Shown piece after piece: positions 36,514 through 47,785 of a stretch of DNA of 64,000 nt (positions within the stretch are counted from its first letter, which is position 1; each line of letters starts with the position of its first letter). The stretch covers positions 531 through 64,530 of the forward strand of contig DATBRN010000027.1 of the NCBI GenBank assembly GCA_036560225.1, read 5' to 3'. A program made the translations under genes and the position numbers. This DNA comes from Pyrinomonadaceae bacterium. Lineage in GTDB: Bacteria > Acidobacteriota > Blastocatellia > Pyrinomonadales > Pyrinomonadaceae. Under the pieces are notes generated by a model, which worked only from the letters and a program-made list of their open reading frames with translations, was not told where the DNA came from and did no database searches.

Positions 36514-37224
36514 ATGACACGTCCCTTGATAATCGCTATAGATGGACCATCGGGCGCGGGTAAGTCAACGCTTGGGCGGCTGCTGGCGCGCGCTCTTAAC
36601 CTACTCTACATCGACACCGGATCCATGTATCGTGCCGTCGCCCTGGCGGTAATGGAGTCGAGCATCAGCGCCGATGACGACGTGGCAGTGGGCTCCCTGG
36701 CGGCCAGGATTGACATCGATCTGAAGGGCGATCCAGATTCGTTGCGCGTAACACTTGATGGGCGCGATGTGACCGAGCAGATTCGGAGCGAAGAAGTCAC
36801 CGATTTTTCATCAATCATTTCAACAATTCCAGAAGTGCGTCGGGCGATGGTGGCGCGACAAAGGGAAATGGGTAAACGGGGTGCGGTGCTCAATGGCCGC
36901 GACATCGGCACGGTAGTTTTTCCTGATGCCGATGTGAAGTTTTTCTTGACCGCGTTGCCCCAAACTCGCGCAGAGAGACGCTTCAAGGAAGATCGCGCTC
37001 AGGATCCCGAGGTTAGCTTTGAAGAGACTTTTGCTGACATGGCCGAACGGGACGCCCGAGATTCCACGCGCACCGATTCACCGCTCAAAACTGCTGACGA
37101 TGCGATTATTGTCGATTCGACCGGACTAACTATCGATGAAGTCTTGCAGCGAATGATGGCTGCCATTGAGAAGAAGATAGGAGCGAAATCCGCAATCCGC
37201 AGTCCGCAATCTGAAATTGATTAA
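36514..37224 (+). CDS. cmk: Cytidylate kinase
   Basis: [33 protein letters not shown] is the signature. The C-terminal codons (KSAIRSPQS) are a heptamer array. The stop overlaps the ribE ATG (TAATG). Confidence 0.88.
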   Translation: MTRPLIIAIDGPSGAGKSTLGRLLARALNLLYIDTGSMYRAVALAVMESSISADDDVAVGSLAARIDIDLKGDPDSLRVTLDGRDVTEQIRSEEVTDFSSIISTIPEVRRAMVARQREMGKRGAVLNGRDIGTVVFPDADVKFFLTALPQTRAERRFKEDRAQDPEVSFEETFADMAERDARDSTRTDSPLKTADDAIIVDSTGLTIDEVLQRMMAAIEKKIGAKSAIRSPQSEID

Positions 37225-37832
37225 TGTTTACCGGAATCATTGAGGAGCTTGGAAAAGTCAAAAGCGTTGACCAACGTGGCGACAATGCCCGCGTGGTGAT
37301 CGAAGCGCGTCTTGTCACCGAAGACATTCACGAAGGTGATTCGATCGCTGTCAACGGAGTTTGCCTGACCGCACTCGAGGTAAACGAAGGTTCCTTTGCC
37401 GCAGATGTATCGCGCGAGACATTGGATAGATCCACGCTTGGTGGATTAGCTCCTGGCGCGCCCGTAAATCTCGAGCGGTCTGTCACTCCAGCGACGCGGC
37501 TTGGCGGTCATCTGGTCCAGGGTCACGTTGATGCGCGGGGAAGGTTTCTCAGCGCCACAGATCATGGGGGCTCATGGACTGTTCGAATCGCTTATCCGCC
37601 AGAAATCGCGCGTTATCTTGTTTTCAAAGGCTCAGTGGCCGTAGAAGGAATTAGCCTTACCATCGCCGAGCTTACTGACGATTACTTCGAGATCGCCATC
37701 ATTCCCAAGACCTGGGAAGTTACCAACTTTTCTCACCTCCGACCGGGCGATGATGTAAATCTCGAAGCCGACGTAATCGCCAAATACGTCGAGCGGATCT
37801 TAAGCCTTTCCCGAACTCATACTGCGGATTAG
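37224..37832 (+). CDS. ribE: Riboflavin synthase (alpha chain)
   Basis: [12 protein letters not shown].., [12 protein letters not shown], and [12 protein letters not shown] (two lumazine-binding repeats). Confidence 0.9.
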   Translation: MFTGIIEELGKVKSVDQRGDNARVVIEARLVTEDIHEGDSIAVNGVCLTALEVNEGSFAADVSRETLDRSTLGGLAPGAPVNLERSVTPATRLGGHLVQGHVDARGRFLSATDHGGSWTVRIAYPPEIARYLVFKGSVAVEGISLTIAELTDDYFEIAIIPKTWEVTNFSHLRPGDDVNLEADVIAKYVERILSLSRTHTAD

Positions 37833-38001
37833 AAGGCCCCCGGTTGGTATGGCTCCTGGAACGGAGCTGAGGGTTGGTCCGTCTGGCGCCACTCAGCCAA
37901 ACGCCCTTTTACGCGCCCCAATGCAAAAAGAAGGGTTTTTGGGTTAACATGATTCCCTGAAATTTCGGATCTCGACTTCCGATCTCAGGTGTCAAAAACT
38001 T

Positions 38002-39201
38002 ATGACTTTTACCCCAATTGAAGATGCTGTCGCCGAAATACGCGATGGGCAAATGATCATTATCGTTGACGACGAGGATCGCGAAAACGAAGGCGACCTG
38101 GTCTGCGCTGCTGAGAAAGCAACTCCCGAGATCATCAACTTCATGGCCCGCTACGCGCGCGGTTTGATATGCCTGCCGCTAACCGAAGAGCGATGCGATG
38201 AGTTGCACCTCACTACGCAGGTAGCGGACAACACGTCTTACTTGGGCACCGCCTTCACCGTTTCCATCGACGCTCGTAAAGGAGTGACAACCGGAATCTC
38301 CGCCTCGGACCGGGCGACCACCATTCAGGTTGCCGTCGATCCACAAACCCGCCCTCAAGACTTAGCGCGACCCGGCCACGTTTTTCCTCTGCGCGCGAAG
38401 AAAGGCGGAGTACTCGTCCGTCCCGGCCAGACTGAAGCGAGCGTTGACATTGCGCGTATTGCCGGTCTCTATCCAGCCGCCGTCATCTGCGAGATCATGA
38501 ATGAAGATGGGACAATGGCGCGGCTGCCGCAACTATTTGAGTTTGCCAACGAACACAAACTAAAGATGATTACTGTCGCTGACCTGGTCAGATACCGGAT
38601 CAACAAAGAGACATTGGTGCGGCGCGCAGTGGAGACAAACCTGCCGACGGTTTACGGGCGTTTTCGCGCTGTCGCCTACGAAAACGTCATTAACGGAGAC
38701 GTGCACCTGGCGATGGTAATGGGCGACGTTCAAACGGAGGACCCCGTCCTGGTGCGCGTGCATACAGAAAATGTTACCTGCGACATGTTTGGCTCTCTGA
38801 TCGACGACACCGGGTTCCAACTTCATACCGCACTGGAAAAAATCTCCGCCGCTGGTCAGGGCGTGGTTCTTTACCTGCGCCAGCGCGAACACAGCCTTGA
38901 TCTCGTGAATCAGTTACGCACTTACGCCCTGATGCAAGAGACGAGCGTCACCAAGCGTGAAGCCAGCCTCGAGACCGGCTACGGCGTGGATCGCGACTAT
39001 GGAGTCGGGGCGCAAATACTTCATGACCTTGGCCTTCGTCGTATACAATTGTTGACGAACCATCCCCCCAAAGTTGCAGCTCTTGAAGGGTTCGCGCTTG
39101 AGGTTGTCGGGAATGTGCCTCTGGGACAGCCCGCAAACCCCAAGGATACGCCGGTTGAAGGAAAACAACCGCTGCCGGAGGATAGAGAGCAACGCGCCTG
39201 A
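38002..39201 (+). CDS. ribBA: 3,4-dihydroxy-2-butanone-4-phosphate synthase fused to a degenerate GTP cyclohydrolase II-like domain (RibBX-type)
   Basis: The N-terminal domain has [12 protein letters not shown] and RPGHVFPL. The C-terminal domain aligns with RibA, but where RibA has HSEC..RCDCG this protein reads HTEN..IDDTG. Confidence 0.85.
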   Translation: MTFTPIEDAVAEIRDGQMIIIVDDEDRENEGDLVCAAEKATPEIINFMARYARGLICLPLTEERCDELHLTTQVADNTSYLGTAFTVSIDARKGVTTGISASDRATTIQVAVDPQTRPQDLARPGHVFPLRAKKGGVLVRPGQTEASVDIARIAGLYPAAVICEIMNEDGTMARLPQLFEFANEHKLKMITVADLVRYRINKETLVRRAVETNLPTVYGRFRAVAYENVINGDVHLAMVMGDVQTEDPVLVRVHTENVTCDMFGSLIDDTGFQLHTALEKISAAGQGVVLYLRQREHSLDLVNQLRTYALMQETSVTKREASLETGYGVDRDYGVGAQILHDLGLRRIQLLTNHPPKVAALEGFALEVVGNVPLGQPANPKDTPVEGKQPLPEDREQRA

Positions 39202-39380
39202 GCGACTTTGCCATCTGTCTTAAAGTCGTAACTACGGGCCTGATTGAGAATCTCTCTCTTGTCTCAAAGGCTCCATTTTTTCAGGATCTCCTCTCCCATT
39301 TGTGAACTAACTATCACCCCACTCGGGTTGTCCCGCAGGGACGCGGGCAGGTCGCGGCAAAGGCCAACGACGGCTGCTAT

Positions 39381-42300
39381 ATGAGTGTAGACGATAAGGA
39401 TAAGGTTCCCGGCGGAGATTTAACGGATTCGAGGGATTCGTCGTCCAAGGGTATACCTCCGCCCGCCGGCGAGAGTAAGTCCATTCGTGATGCTCTTCGA
39501 TCTGAGACGGACGAACCCCTCCCACCTCTCGCTGAAGCGATCGCTGAGCGCGATGCCCAACGAAAGCACCCGATTACACCTCAGGGACGTCGCCGTCGCT
39601 TTTTGAACAGACGCAATTTGTTAATTGCCACAACGTTCGCCGCACTTGGTGCTATTGCGCTGATTCTGCTGATCTTTCTTGTCTACCGGCTCGGCTATGT
39701 CGACCGGTATGTGGCAGGGCAGATCAAAGATACATTCGCCAAGTATGGTATTCGCGCGGAGATTAAAGAGTTTCACGCGGGCTTTCCGCCGCAAACAGTC
39801 GAAATGTCGGGATTGGAACTCTTCGACTCACAAACTGGTGAGCACCTCGGGAAGATTGATCGTCTATTGGCTACCATTCGGGTCGAAGACCTATATGCCC
39901 TGAACCTTCAGCGGAACATCAATCTTAAAGATCTCAAAATCGAAGGCCTCGAAGCCTGGATAACGTTTGATGAACAAGGCCGCTCGAATTTCCGCAACAT
40001 ACACATCCCTCCGCCCGAACCGAATAGACGAATCCTGTTTGCCTATTCCACCGCGCACGTTGAAATAAAAAGTGGCGTCATCCACTACGGAGATGTGCGT
40101 CACGAGATCTCCGGCGAGGCGCGAAACCTCAACGCAACCATTCAACCAGACGATCCTTCGGCTCCTGCTTCAAGTTGGATGAACGCAGTCGCGCTGTCTA
40201 TCTCAGATTCGACCTTCACTTACGATGGCCGTCCCATTAACAACATCGATGTTCAAGCGCACGGCCGCGTAAATCAAACGGGAGCAGAGATTCAGGAGCT
40301 GGTCCTGCGGTCGCCCGTTGCCGAAGCGCGACTACAAGGGACGATGGACGACTGGCGCGCCCTTCGTTATCAAATGAATATTACTTCGTCGGTGGATCTG
40401 ACGCAGCTTTCCGACGTGCTTCAATCCGGCACAACCCTGCGTGGGACAGGTAATTTTGTAGGCGTAGTCTCGGGGGAAGGCGACAAATACAAGGTTCAAG
40501 GCAGTATTAAATCGGACGCGTTGGCGGCAGATAACATTCGACTGCAGGGCCTGAATGTCACCGCCAGGGGATCGGGCCAGGGAAAGACTTACGACATCAA
40601 CGGCAAGGCCGTCGCCGCGCTTTTGACCGCGGGAGACTTTCAACTTAATAGCGTGCAATTAGTTGGGGGTGTCATGGGAACCGGTTCCGATTTCCGGTGG
40701 GTCGGTGAGTTGCGCGCGGCGGCGGAAAGAAGCTACGGCACAACGATCACTGGTTTGATCCTTCAAGATGCACGAGCGGAGATGAATGATGGCGTACTCA
40801 CAGCCTCTTCAAGCCGGTTTACGGCAGCAAGTCTGATAGCCTCGGGCACCAGGGCAAACGGAATCACCGCCTCGGATCTCAAACTTCGCAGTGATAACAA
40901 TGTTACGACTGCCAGTGTCTCCAAGGTCAGGGCTGGAACAATCGCTAATTCCGACACCAGGGTCAGTGGCGTAACCGCGAATAATGTTGACATCGTTAGC
41001 CGCGAGGGCGTGACGAGTGTCGTAGTTAAGGACGTGCATGTAGGCGCGACCAAAGCTGCGGAAGCGGAAATTGGCAGCATCAGTATTGCCGGGGTACGGT
41101 TGTCCGTTCGCGGCGGGCGCATTGAAGGTTCCACTTCCGACATTAACGCAGGCACTGTGAAGCTCGCTGATGGCCAGGTGGACAACGTGAAACTCGCCAA
41201 GCCGGTGTTCGTTGTAGAGCCTTCAGGTCGTTATCGAGCGAGTGCCGATCTTAGCATCGGCGGTGGGGTATTGGGTCAGATAGATATGGGTCAGGCACGG
41301 GCGCAACTCGTGGCAACCAACAGCGAATTACAACTCAACAATTTCACCGCAGATGTCTTTAATGGTCGCGCCAACGGCAACGCGCGTATTGCGATTGCCA
41401 GGGGCGGCACATCACGTATCGCCGCGACTTTTGATCAAATCGATGTGGCCGGGCCTTTGACGGCGGTTGCCGGATCGGCTGTGCCGCTGTCCGGCAGAGC
41501 GACCGGCAAGATTGATCTCGCGTTTCCCGGTACTAATTTCAAACAGGCTACGGGCACACTCACGACTACCTTCACGGGTGAGGATGTCGCGGTAGCTAAT
41601 GGACGAGTTCCTCTTTCAGGCGTTGTGGCGATTCGTGCGGATCGCGGTCTATTCAATATCGATCGTGTCGACCTGCAAACGACTGCTACCAAACTCACCG
41701 CGACCGGCCAGTTTTCTTTCAACACGGATTCAAATCTCCAGGTTGACTTAAATTCATCAGACGCGGCGGAGTTGCAAACTGTACTCATTTCCTCGGGTCT
41801 GCTTCCAGATGTTGAGGAGCAGATGCGGACGTATGGGCTCGATCTCGCCGGACCGTTGGCTTTCAACGGAACGTTGCGAGGGAAACTCAGCGAACCGGAT
41901 ATCGACGGCAAAATTTCACTGGGCACGCTATTGGTCAACGGAAACGACCTCGGTTCGTTATCAGCTTCGCTCAAAATGACCAAAACCGACCTGAACATTG
42001 CTGATGGTCGTTTGACCGAGAAGGACGGCGGTGGGATGCAGTTTACTCTGAATGCGCCTCGCACCGGCAAAGACAACACAACGCTCGAAGCCACACTTGA
42101 TCGCGTCAACGCCGGCAATTTGATTGCCGCGCTGCCTCTCGGCAAATCAACCCGCGCTCAGCTTGGCGATACACAGGCTGATGCGTCCGGGCATGTAAAA
42201 ATAACCGGCATACCAAACGCAATGGTGGGCAGTGCCGAATTGCGTTTCGGTCCTGGTCGTCTGGCCGGTGAACCGCTCCAGGGCATGGTCGCGACCGCAA

Positions 42301-44378
42301 CTTTTGCGGGTTCGAAAGTAACTGTAGAGAAAGTGGATGCGCAGTTAACGGCTGGTCACATTGTCGCCAGCGGTACGTATGACACAACTAGCAAAGATTT
42401 CGACTTTCAGGGGCGCGCGGAAGGAGTGCAACTTAACCGGCTTTTCGCGCTGACGAAGCAGCCAGGACTTACGGCGGTCTCCGGTACAGCCGACTTTAAC
42501 GCGCATATCTCCGGTAACTCCTCGGCATCGGACTTCTCGGCCTACCAAATTACTTTTGATGGGCAGGGAAAGGACGTGATCATCAATGGGCGCCCCGCAG
42601 GTACCGTCGCCCTCGTTGGAAGAACTGAGAACAAACAACTAAACATCACTCTTACCACCGGTTTGTTTGGTTCCACGCCACAGGTAATCGCAGCGCAAGT
42701 CAACCTGGGTAGTGAAAAGCTGATTGCCAGCGTCGAAACCACTTTCAACAATGCCGACTTGACTGGTCTGCTGAAAATGGTCTTGCCGCAAACCAACGTT
42801 AATATTTCAGGAGTAGCAACAGGCACGCTAAAGACAAATGGCAATCTGCTGGACGAGGACGGATATTTTTCCGCCGCCGGTTTGCAGGGGACAGCAAACC
42901 TTACAAGCCTGAGTTTGAAGGTTGAAGATGTCCAACTCAACGCGACGTCTCCGCTGATAGTGCGCTTCTCACCCAGTGAAGTGACTTTCGAACAGACCAA
43001 ATTTACGGGGCCAGGTACAAACATTGTGCTGGGAGGAACCCTCGCCGTTGGTCCGGAAGGGCATCAGAGCATGACTGCTGATGGTCAACTGAACCTCAGA
43101 GTCTTGAACGGACTGAGTCCTGATGCGTTCTTGTCCGGCACCGCTGAGGTAGCGGTCCGGGTTACAGGTACATACGAACGCCCGCGTCTTAACGGCACGG
43201 CTTCGGTTGCAGGGGGTTCAATCTCGTTGCTGATCGGCAACGAACGTTGGACCGTCACGAACGTAAAATCATTGGTTAGGTTCACATCGGACCAGGCCCA
43301 AATTGATTCCATGACTGGAACGATGGGTGGTGGGCATGTTTCTGTTACCGGCGGTGCGTTACTCGATGGCTTCACGCTTTCGCGCTTTTTGTTCAATGTC
43401 AACGGCGACAATGTCACCGTTCCATATCCGGAAAACTTCCGCACGACGGCCAACATTGATCTTGAAATAAAAGGCACTTCGCGTGAACAACTGATTGGCG
43501 GCGTGGTTAATGTTCGGCGCAGCGAATACACCGAGGACATCGAACTTGCGGACCTCATCAATTTCAGGGCCGGGGAATCGATCGAAGAGGGAGCCGAGGT
43601 TGAATTTGTGCGCACTGCCCTTTTTAACGACTTGCGAGTGGAAGGACGAAACGCGCTCGTCGTCAGAAATAATCTGGCCGATTTGGTGGGATCAGTTTCG
43701 TTAGTGGTCAACGGTCCAGTGAAGGATCCGGTAATCTCCGGGCGAGTCACCGCCACCAGCGGCACGCTGAATTTCCGCAACGATCGCTACGAGATAACCC
43801 GCGCTCTTGTAGATTTGCCCCCACAGCCACAGGCCGATCCAATCATAAACATTCAGGGTGAATCGCAGATTCGCGGTTATCGGGTGACCGTTGGTCTTAA
43901 CGGCCCGCTTTCCCAGCCGCAGGCCATCATAAGTTCTGAACCGGCCTTGCCGCAGGCAGACGTTGTCTCCTTGATTACTACCGGTCAACTTGCAACAGGA
44001 GATACAAGCTCGTCGATACTCTCCCAATCCGGTTTGGGAACTGCGACGAGCCTGTTGACCGATGCACTGATCAACGCGCCGGCGCAGCGCGCCACCAGCA
44101 AGCTTTTCGGATTGAGTCGCTTTGAGATCAATCCGGTCATTGGTGGCTCCGGCTCGTCACCGTCGGCGCGATTGACGCTCGGCAAGAGAATCAACAAAGA
44201 CCTGTCGGTTACTTACTCGACTAACGTAGCGTCCGATCCCAACCAGATCCTGGCCCTTGAGTACCGCGTTTCCGACCGATTGTTTTTCATCGCGGAGTAT
44301 GAGCAGGCATCGACACACCGGTTGACTACGCGCAACAACAATTTCAATTTTGAGATACGGTTCAGAAGACGGTTTTGA
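39381..44378 (+). CDS. tamB: Translocation and assembly module protein TamB (DUF490 C-terminus)
   Basis: 1665 aa with an N-terminal TM anchor (LLIATTFAALGAIALILLIFLVY), a long beta-rich body, and the C-terminal LTLGKRINKDLSVTYSTNV..LEYRVSDRLFFIAEYE. Confidence 0.85.
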   Translation: MSVDDKDKVPGGDLTDSRDSSSKGIPPPAGESKSIRDALRSETDEPLPPLAEAIAERDAQRKHPITPQGRRRRFLNRRNLLIATTFAALGAIALILLIFLVYRLGYVDRYVAGQIKDTFAKYGIRAEIKEFHAGFPPQTVEMSGLELFDSQTGEHLGKIDRLLATIRVEDLYALNLQRNINLKDLKIEGLEAWITFDEQGRSNFRNIHIPPPEPNRRILFAYSTAHVEIKSGVIHYGDVRHEISGEARNLNATIQPDDPSAPASSWMNAVALSISDSTFTYDGRPINNIDVQAHGRVNQTGAEIQELVLRSPVAEARLQGTMDDWRALRYQMNITSSVDLTQLSDVLQSGTTLRGTGNFVGVVSGEGDKYKVQGSIKSDALAADNIRLQGLNVTARGSGQGKTYDINGKAVAALLTAGDFQLNSVQLVGGVMGTGSDFRWVGELRAAAERSYGTTITGLILQDARAEMNDGVLTASSSRFTAASLIASGTRANGITASDLKLRSDNNVTTASVSKVRAGTIANSDTRVSGVTANNVDIVSREGVTSVVVKDVHVGATKAAEAEIGSISIAGVRLSVRGGRIEGSTSDINAGTVKLADGQVDNVKLAKPVFVVEPSGRYRASADLSIGGGVLGQIDMGQARAQLVATNSELQLNNFTADVFNGRANGNARIAIARGGTSRIAATFDQIDVAGPLTAVAGSAVPLSGRATGKIDLAFPGTNFKQATGTLTTTFTGEDVAVANGRVPLSGVVAIRADRGLFNIDRVDLQTTATKLTATGQFSFNTDSNLQVDLNSSDAAELQTVLISSGLLPDVEEQMRTYGLDLAGPLAFNGTLRGKLSEPDIDGKISLGTLLVNGNDLGSLSASLKMTKTDLNIADGRLTEKDGGGMQFTLNAPRTGKDNTTLEATLDRVNAGNLIAALPLGKSTRAQLGDTQADASGHVKITGIPNAMVGSAELRFGPGRLAGEPLQGMVATATFAGSKVTVEKVDAQLTAGHIVASGTYDTTSKDFDFQGRAEGVQLNRLFALTKQPGLTAVSGTADFNAHISGNSSASDFSAYQITFDGQGKDVIINGRPAGTVALVGRTENKQLNITLTTGLFGSTPQVIAAQVNLGSEKLIASVETTFNNADLTGLLKMVLPQTNVNISGVATGTLKTNGNLLDEDGYFSAAGLQGTANLTSLSLKVEDVQLNATSPLIVRFSPSEVTFEQTKFTGPGTNIVLGGTLAVGPEGHQSMTADGQLNLRVLNGLSPDAFLSGTAEVAVRVTGTYERPRLNGTASVAGGSISLLIGNERWTVTNVKSLVRFTSDQAQIDSMTGTMGGGHVSVTGGALLDGFTLSRFLFNVNGDNVTVPYPENFRTTANIDLEIKGTSREQLIGGVVNVRRSEYTEDIELADLINFRAGESIEEGAEVEFVRTALFNDLRVEGRNALVVRNNLADLVGSVSLVVNGPVKDPVISGRVTATSGTLNFRNDRYEITRALVDLPPQPQADPIINIQGESQIRGYRVTVGLNGPLSQPQAIISSEPALPQADVVSLITTGQLATGDTSSSILSQSGLGTATSLLTDALINAPAQRATSKLFGLSRFEINPVIGGSGSSPSARLTLGKRINKDLSVTYSTNVASDPNQILALEYRVSDRLFFIAEYEQASTHRLTTRNNNFNFEIRFRRRF

Positions 44379-44382
44379 GGCA

Positions 44383-47300
44383 ATGGGCCAGCCAGAAGCA
44401 CTCACTGATAATCAGTCCCAACTGAAACAGCGAAGGCAGCGATCTCTTTCAGTGATCGCTCTGACCGCAATAGCCTTTCTCGCCTTGGCTGTGAATGCGC
44501 GAGCCGGCGCTAGCTTTGCGGAATATGAAGGCCGGCTAATCACGGCCGTTGAAATCACTTTTGAAGGTTCGGCCGTCGACCCCGCGGCCGAAGCTGAGTT
44601 CCTATCAATTCTTAGGGTCCTTCCTAACTCCCAGTTCTCCGCCGTTGCCGTACGCGAATCGCTGCAAGCCTTATTCGATTCTGAGAGGGTAGCCAACGCG
44701 CGGGTAGAGGTGTTCGAGGCGGCACCGGGTGCAAGCGGCTCAAATCGTGGCCCTATTCGTCTGCGCTTTGTGATTCAACGCCAGGTGCAGATCGGCGACG
44801 TCAAGTTTCAACTGACTCCGGCAACAGGCACGCCTATCTCCGAAGATGAACTTCGTGCGCGCGTAAACCTGAGCCAGCCCGGCACGCGTCTCTCCAAGCA
44901 GACAGTCTTGCGCAACGCCGATGAACTGCAGGTTTATTTACGGGATCGCGGGTACTTCAACGCTGTGGTTGAGCCTGTCGAGCAACTGGATCCAAGCGGA
45001 ACGAGAGCAACTGTCACCTACCGAATCAATCCCGGTGAGCAGGCACGGGTAGAGTCGTTCAATATCAATATTGCTGGATTTGATCCAGCAGCCGTCAGGC
45101 CTTTGTTGACTCTTCAACCGCAGGCGCCTTTTACGCGTGAAGCACTCGGTTCTGATACTAAGAGAATCCAACAGGCACTCATTGACCAGGGATATCTCGC
45201 TCCGTTGCTTGAAGATCCCAGGGTCGAACGGGACGCGGAACATAACCTCATTTCGATCAGGCTCAACGGCAGCGTTGGACCAAAGGTGAATGTCATCGTT
45301 CCGGACTACCCGATGAGCGAAAAGACTGCCCGCGAGCTTTTGCCGGTGAAGCGGGAAGGCAACATCGACCAGTCGGCAATTATTGAAGGCTCGCGGCGAC
45401 TGCGTAACAAATTGCAGGAGCAGGGCTATTTCTTCGCGGAGGTTACTCCCATCTGCACGGTCACGCCACCAACGCCCCCGGCTGAGAACGGAACCGCCGC
45501 CACCTGTGAGACTCTGAATCCTGAAAGCCTGACTGGTCACACCATAGAGATACGATACGACCTCGAACGCGGGCGCCGTTTCAAGCTCACCGACATTCGC
45601 ATCACGGGCACAAATAAACTTACGTACGAGGATGTTGCTGCCGATCTGAAAACCCAGAAAGCGAGTGCCCTGGGCTTAATTCCATTCTTCGGTTACGGCC
45701 GCGGTTACACAAGTCTGACGTTGCTGGAGCAGGACAAGCGAACAGTCAGAAATTACATGCGCGACATGGGTTATCGGCGCGCGGATGTCGATGTCCTTCA
45801 GGGCGTGTCGATTAACGGTGAAAGTCTGATTATCACTTTTCAGGTTAAAGAAGGACGGCTAACTCGAATAGCGGGCGTTGAGGTTCGCGGCAATACGATC
45901 TACACCGACCAGCGGATTCGCGACGAGTTGAAGACTGTGATCGGCGCTCCCTTCTCGCGTTCTCAGGCCAGGGCGGACGGTGAGCGCGTGCGCGCTCTCT
46001 ATGCGCGCGAAGGTTACGTAAGCGCGCAGATTGAGTTCTCGACGATTGAATTGCCCAGGAAAGGCGACGACGAGCAGGTTAGACTCATTTATTCCATAAC
46101 CAACGAAGGCGATAAGGTCTTCATTAACCGGATCATCGTTAACGGAGTAACTGGCAGCGCTAAAACTCAGCGCACCAAGCGCGATGCAATAATGCGCGTT
46201 ATTCCGATTGCTGAGGGCGACGTGCTGCGCTCGGATCGCATAGCCGACAGCGAGCGAGAACTCTATCTCACTGACGCTTACCGACAAGTGATTATTCGCA
46301 CCGAAGCTGCAGGCGAAACGGCCTCGGGTTTCAAACGCCGTGATGTCCTGATTGATGTCGAGGAAAAGAGGCCTCGCGTAATGGACTACGGCGGCGGGTT
46401 CTCGACCGACTCTGGCCCCTTGGGTCTGTTCGAGCTCAGCAACGTGAATTTTATGAACAAACTGAGACAGGGGGCGATGCGTCTCAGAGCCAGCAGTCGG
46501 CAGCAGCGACTCAGATTCGAATATCTCGATCCGCGTTTTAAGCGCTTCAGCGAGAGTCGATTTATGCCGCTAGCGTTCACGGTGGAGTACCAGCGCGATT
46601 CGACCGTCACGCGTTTTTTCCGCTCGGCGATAGATCAGGGCACAATGGGAATTGTCCAGCGCGTGGACAAAGATGGAAACCCGATCGATGAGTTTGGCGT
46701 GAGGGTCGATGAGCCCACGATTAATCGCTTTACCGTCGCGGTTGAAACGCAGAAAGTACTTAGTCAGAAAACCCATTCGATAATATTTGGGCGTTATAGC
46801 TATGAAGACGTGCGCTTGTTCAATCTTCAAAGTTTGCTTATTAAGCCCGTGCTGCAACCCGATCGCGCTGTTCGCCTATCGCGATTTGGGACGTCTTTTG
46901 TTCGTGATACGCGGGAACGATGCGAGCGTGGTTTGCTGGGCGCTGTTCGCAATCCGGATGAGGAAACGGGAGCTCCCGGTGAAATCTGTCGCTACAACCA
47001 GCTTGATGCCACGCGCGGAGACTTCTTCAACATTGATTACGCGGTGGCTTTGCGCCAACTCGGTGGCAACATCTCTTTCAACCGGTTACAGGCAACTTAT
47101 CGCCGCTATTACAAATTGAGTGCGTTTCGCAGTACGGTGCTCGCGGGAAACGCCATCCTTGGATTGGCGAATGTCTTTAATCCTCGAGATCGCGACGGCA
47201 ATGGCCTGATCGATGAAACTGATCTTACTTTGCCCATCAGCGAGCGGTTCTTTTCCGGCGGCTCGACTACGCTGCGCGGCTTCAATTTCGAGGAGGCCGG

Positions 47301-47784
47301 TCCCCGACTAGTCATAATTCCTCAAGGCATATTTATCGATCAAAATAAGAATCCGGTGATCTTGAATCCCTTTACAGTTCCGTTTGGGGGCAATGCGCTC
47401 GCGATCGTAAACCTTGAAGCACGCATACCAATCACAAAATCGGTCCAGGCCGTTCCTTTCTACGATGGTGGCAATGTTTTCCGGCGTATTGGCGATTTGT
47501 TTGGCAGGCACGTCGATAGACCGGTTCCCCCCGGCGACGTGGTAGCGGCGATAAACGCGGCAAACCTCCGGTCTCACTGGACGAACACGGTGGGGCTGGG
47601 TTTCAGAATTCAAACGCCGTTCGGAGGCGCGCTCGCCGTGGATTATGGTTTCTTATTAAAGCCGCCTGAGTTTCTTATTCCGCAGCGTGGGCCAACTGGA
47701 CTGCCCGATGACTTCAACGGTACGCCGGCAATCTTTCGTTTGAGACGAACGAGGATTCACTTCAGATTTACACAAACATTCTAG
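44383..47784 (+). CDS. bamA: Omp85-family outer-membrane protein assembly factor (BamA-like), unusually long at about 1133 aa
   Basis: Signal peptide, several POTRA-like repeats (I..V.F.G......L), and a C-terminal surface-antigen barrel (FSGGSTTLRGF, GGNALAIVNLEARIPI, VPFYDGGNVF, GLGFRIQTPFG). The start choice (44383 versus 44350) is uncertain. Confidence 0.82.
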   Translation: MGQPEALTDNQSQLKQRRQRSLSVIALTAIAFLALAVNARAGASFAEYEGRLITAVEITFEGSAVDPAAEAEFLSILRVLPNSQFSAVAVRESLQALFDSERVANARVEVFEAAPGASGSNRGPIRLRFVIQRQVQIGDVKFQLTPATGTPISEDELRARVNLSQPGTRLSKQTVLRNADELQVYLRDRGYFNAVVEPVEQLDPSGTRATVTYRINPGEQARVESFNINIAGFDPAAVRPLLTLQPQAPFTREALGSDTKRIQQALIDQGYLAPLLEDPRVERDAEHNLISIRLNGSVGPKVNVIVPDYPMSEKTARELLPVKREGNIDQSAIIEGSRRLRNKLQEQGYFFAEVTPICTVTPPTPPAENGTAATCETLNPESLTGHTIEIRYDLERGRRFKLTDIRITGTNKLTYEDVAADLKTQKASALGLIPFFGYGRGYTSLTLLEQDKRTVRNYMRDMGYRRADVDVLQGVSINGESLIITFQVKEGRLTRIAGVEVRGNTIYTDQRIRDELKTVIGAPFSRSQARADGERVRALYAREGYVSAQIEFSTIELPRKGDDEQVRLIYSITNEGDKVFINRIIVNGVTGSAKTQRTKRDAIMRVIPIAEGDVLRSDRIADSERELYLTDAYRQVIIRTEAAGETASGFKRRDVLIDVEEKRPRVMDYGGGFSTDSGPLGLFELSNVNFMNKLRQGAMRLRASSRQQRLRFEYLDPRFKRFSESRFMPLAFTVEYQRDSTVTRFFRSAIDQGTMGIVQRVDKDGNPIDEFGVRVDEPTINRFTVAVETQKVLSQKTHSIIFGRYSYEDVRLFNLQSLLIKPVLQPDRAVRLSRFGTSFVRDTRERCERGLLGAVRNPDEETGAPGEICRYNQLDATRGDFFNIDYAVALRQLGGNISFNRLQATYRRYYKLSAFRSTVLAGNAILGLANVFNPRDRDGNGLIDETDLTLPISERFFSGGSTTLRGFNFEEAGPRLVIIPQGIFIDQNKNPVILNPFTVPFGGNALAIVNLEARIPITKSVQAVPFYDGGNVFRRIGDLFGRHVDRPVPPGDVVAAINAANLRSHWTNTVGLGFRIQTPFGGALAVDYGFLLKPPEFLIPQRGPTGLPDDFNGTPAIFRLRRTRIHFRFTQTF

Positions 47785-47785
47785 A

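Noticed and set aside
37833-38001. FMN riboswitch expected between ribE and ribBA
   Set aside because: I could not find the conserved FMN-element segments (for example the AGGGCGGGG / CCGACGGT..AGTCCGGATG-type blocks). The spacer instead ends in a heptamer-type repeat.
41435-43780. Long antisense ORFs inside tamB (41435-42145, 42542-43024, 43085-43780) and similar ones inside the A2M gene, lhr, acs and the kinase gene (for example 24570-25031, 30090-30647, 52903-53412, 13307-13759)
   Set aside because: These are shadow ORFs opposite strongly supported long genes. Their composition is Ser/Arg/Pro-rich and they have no recognisable motifs.
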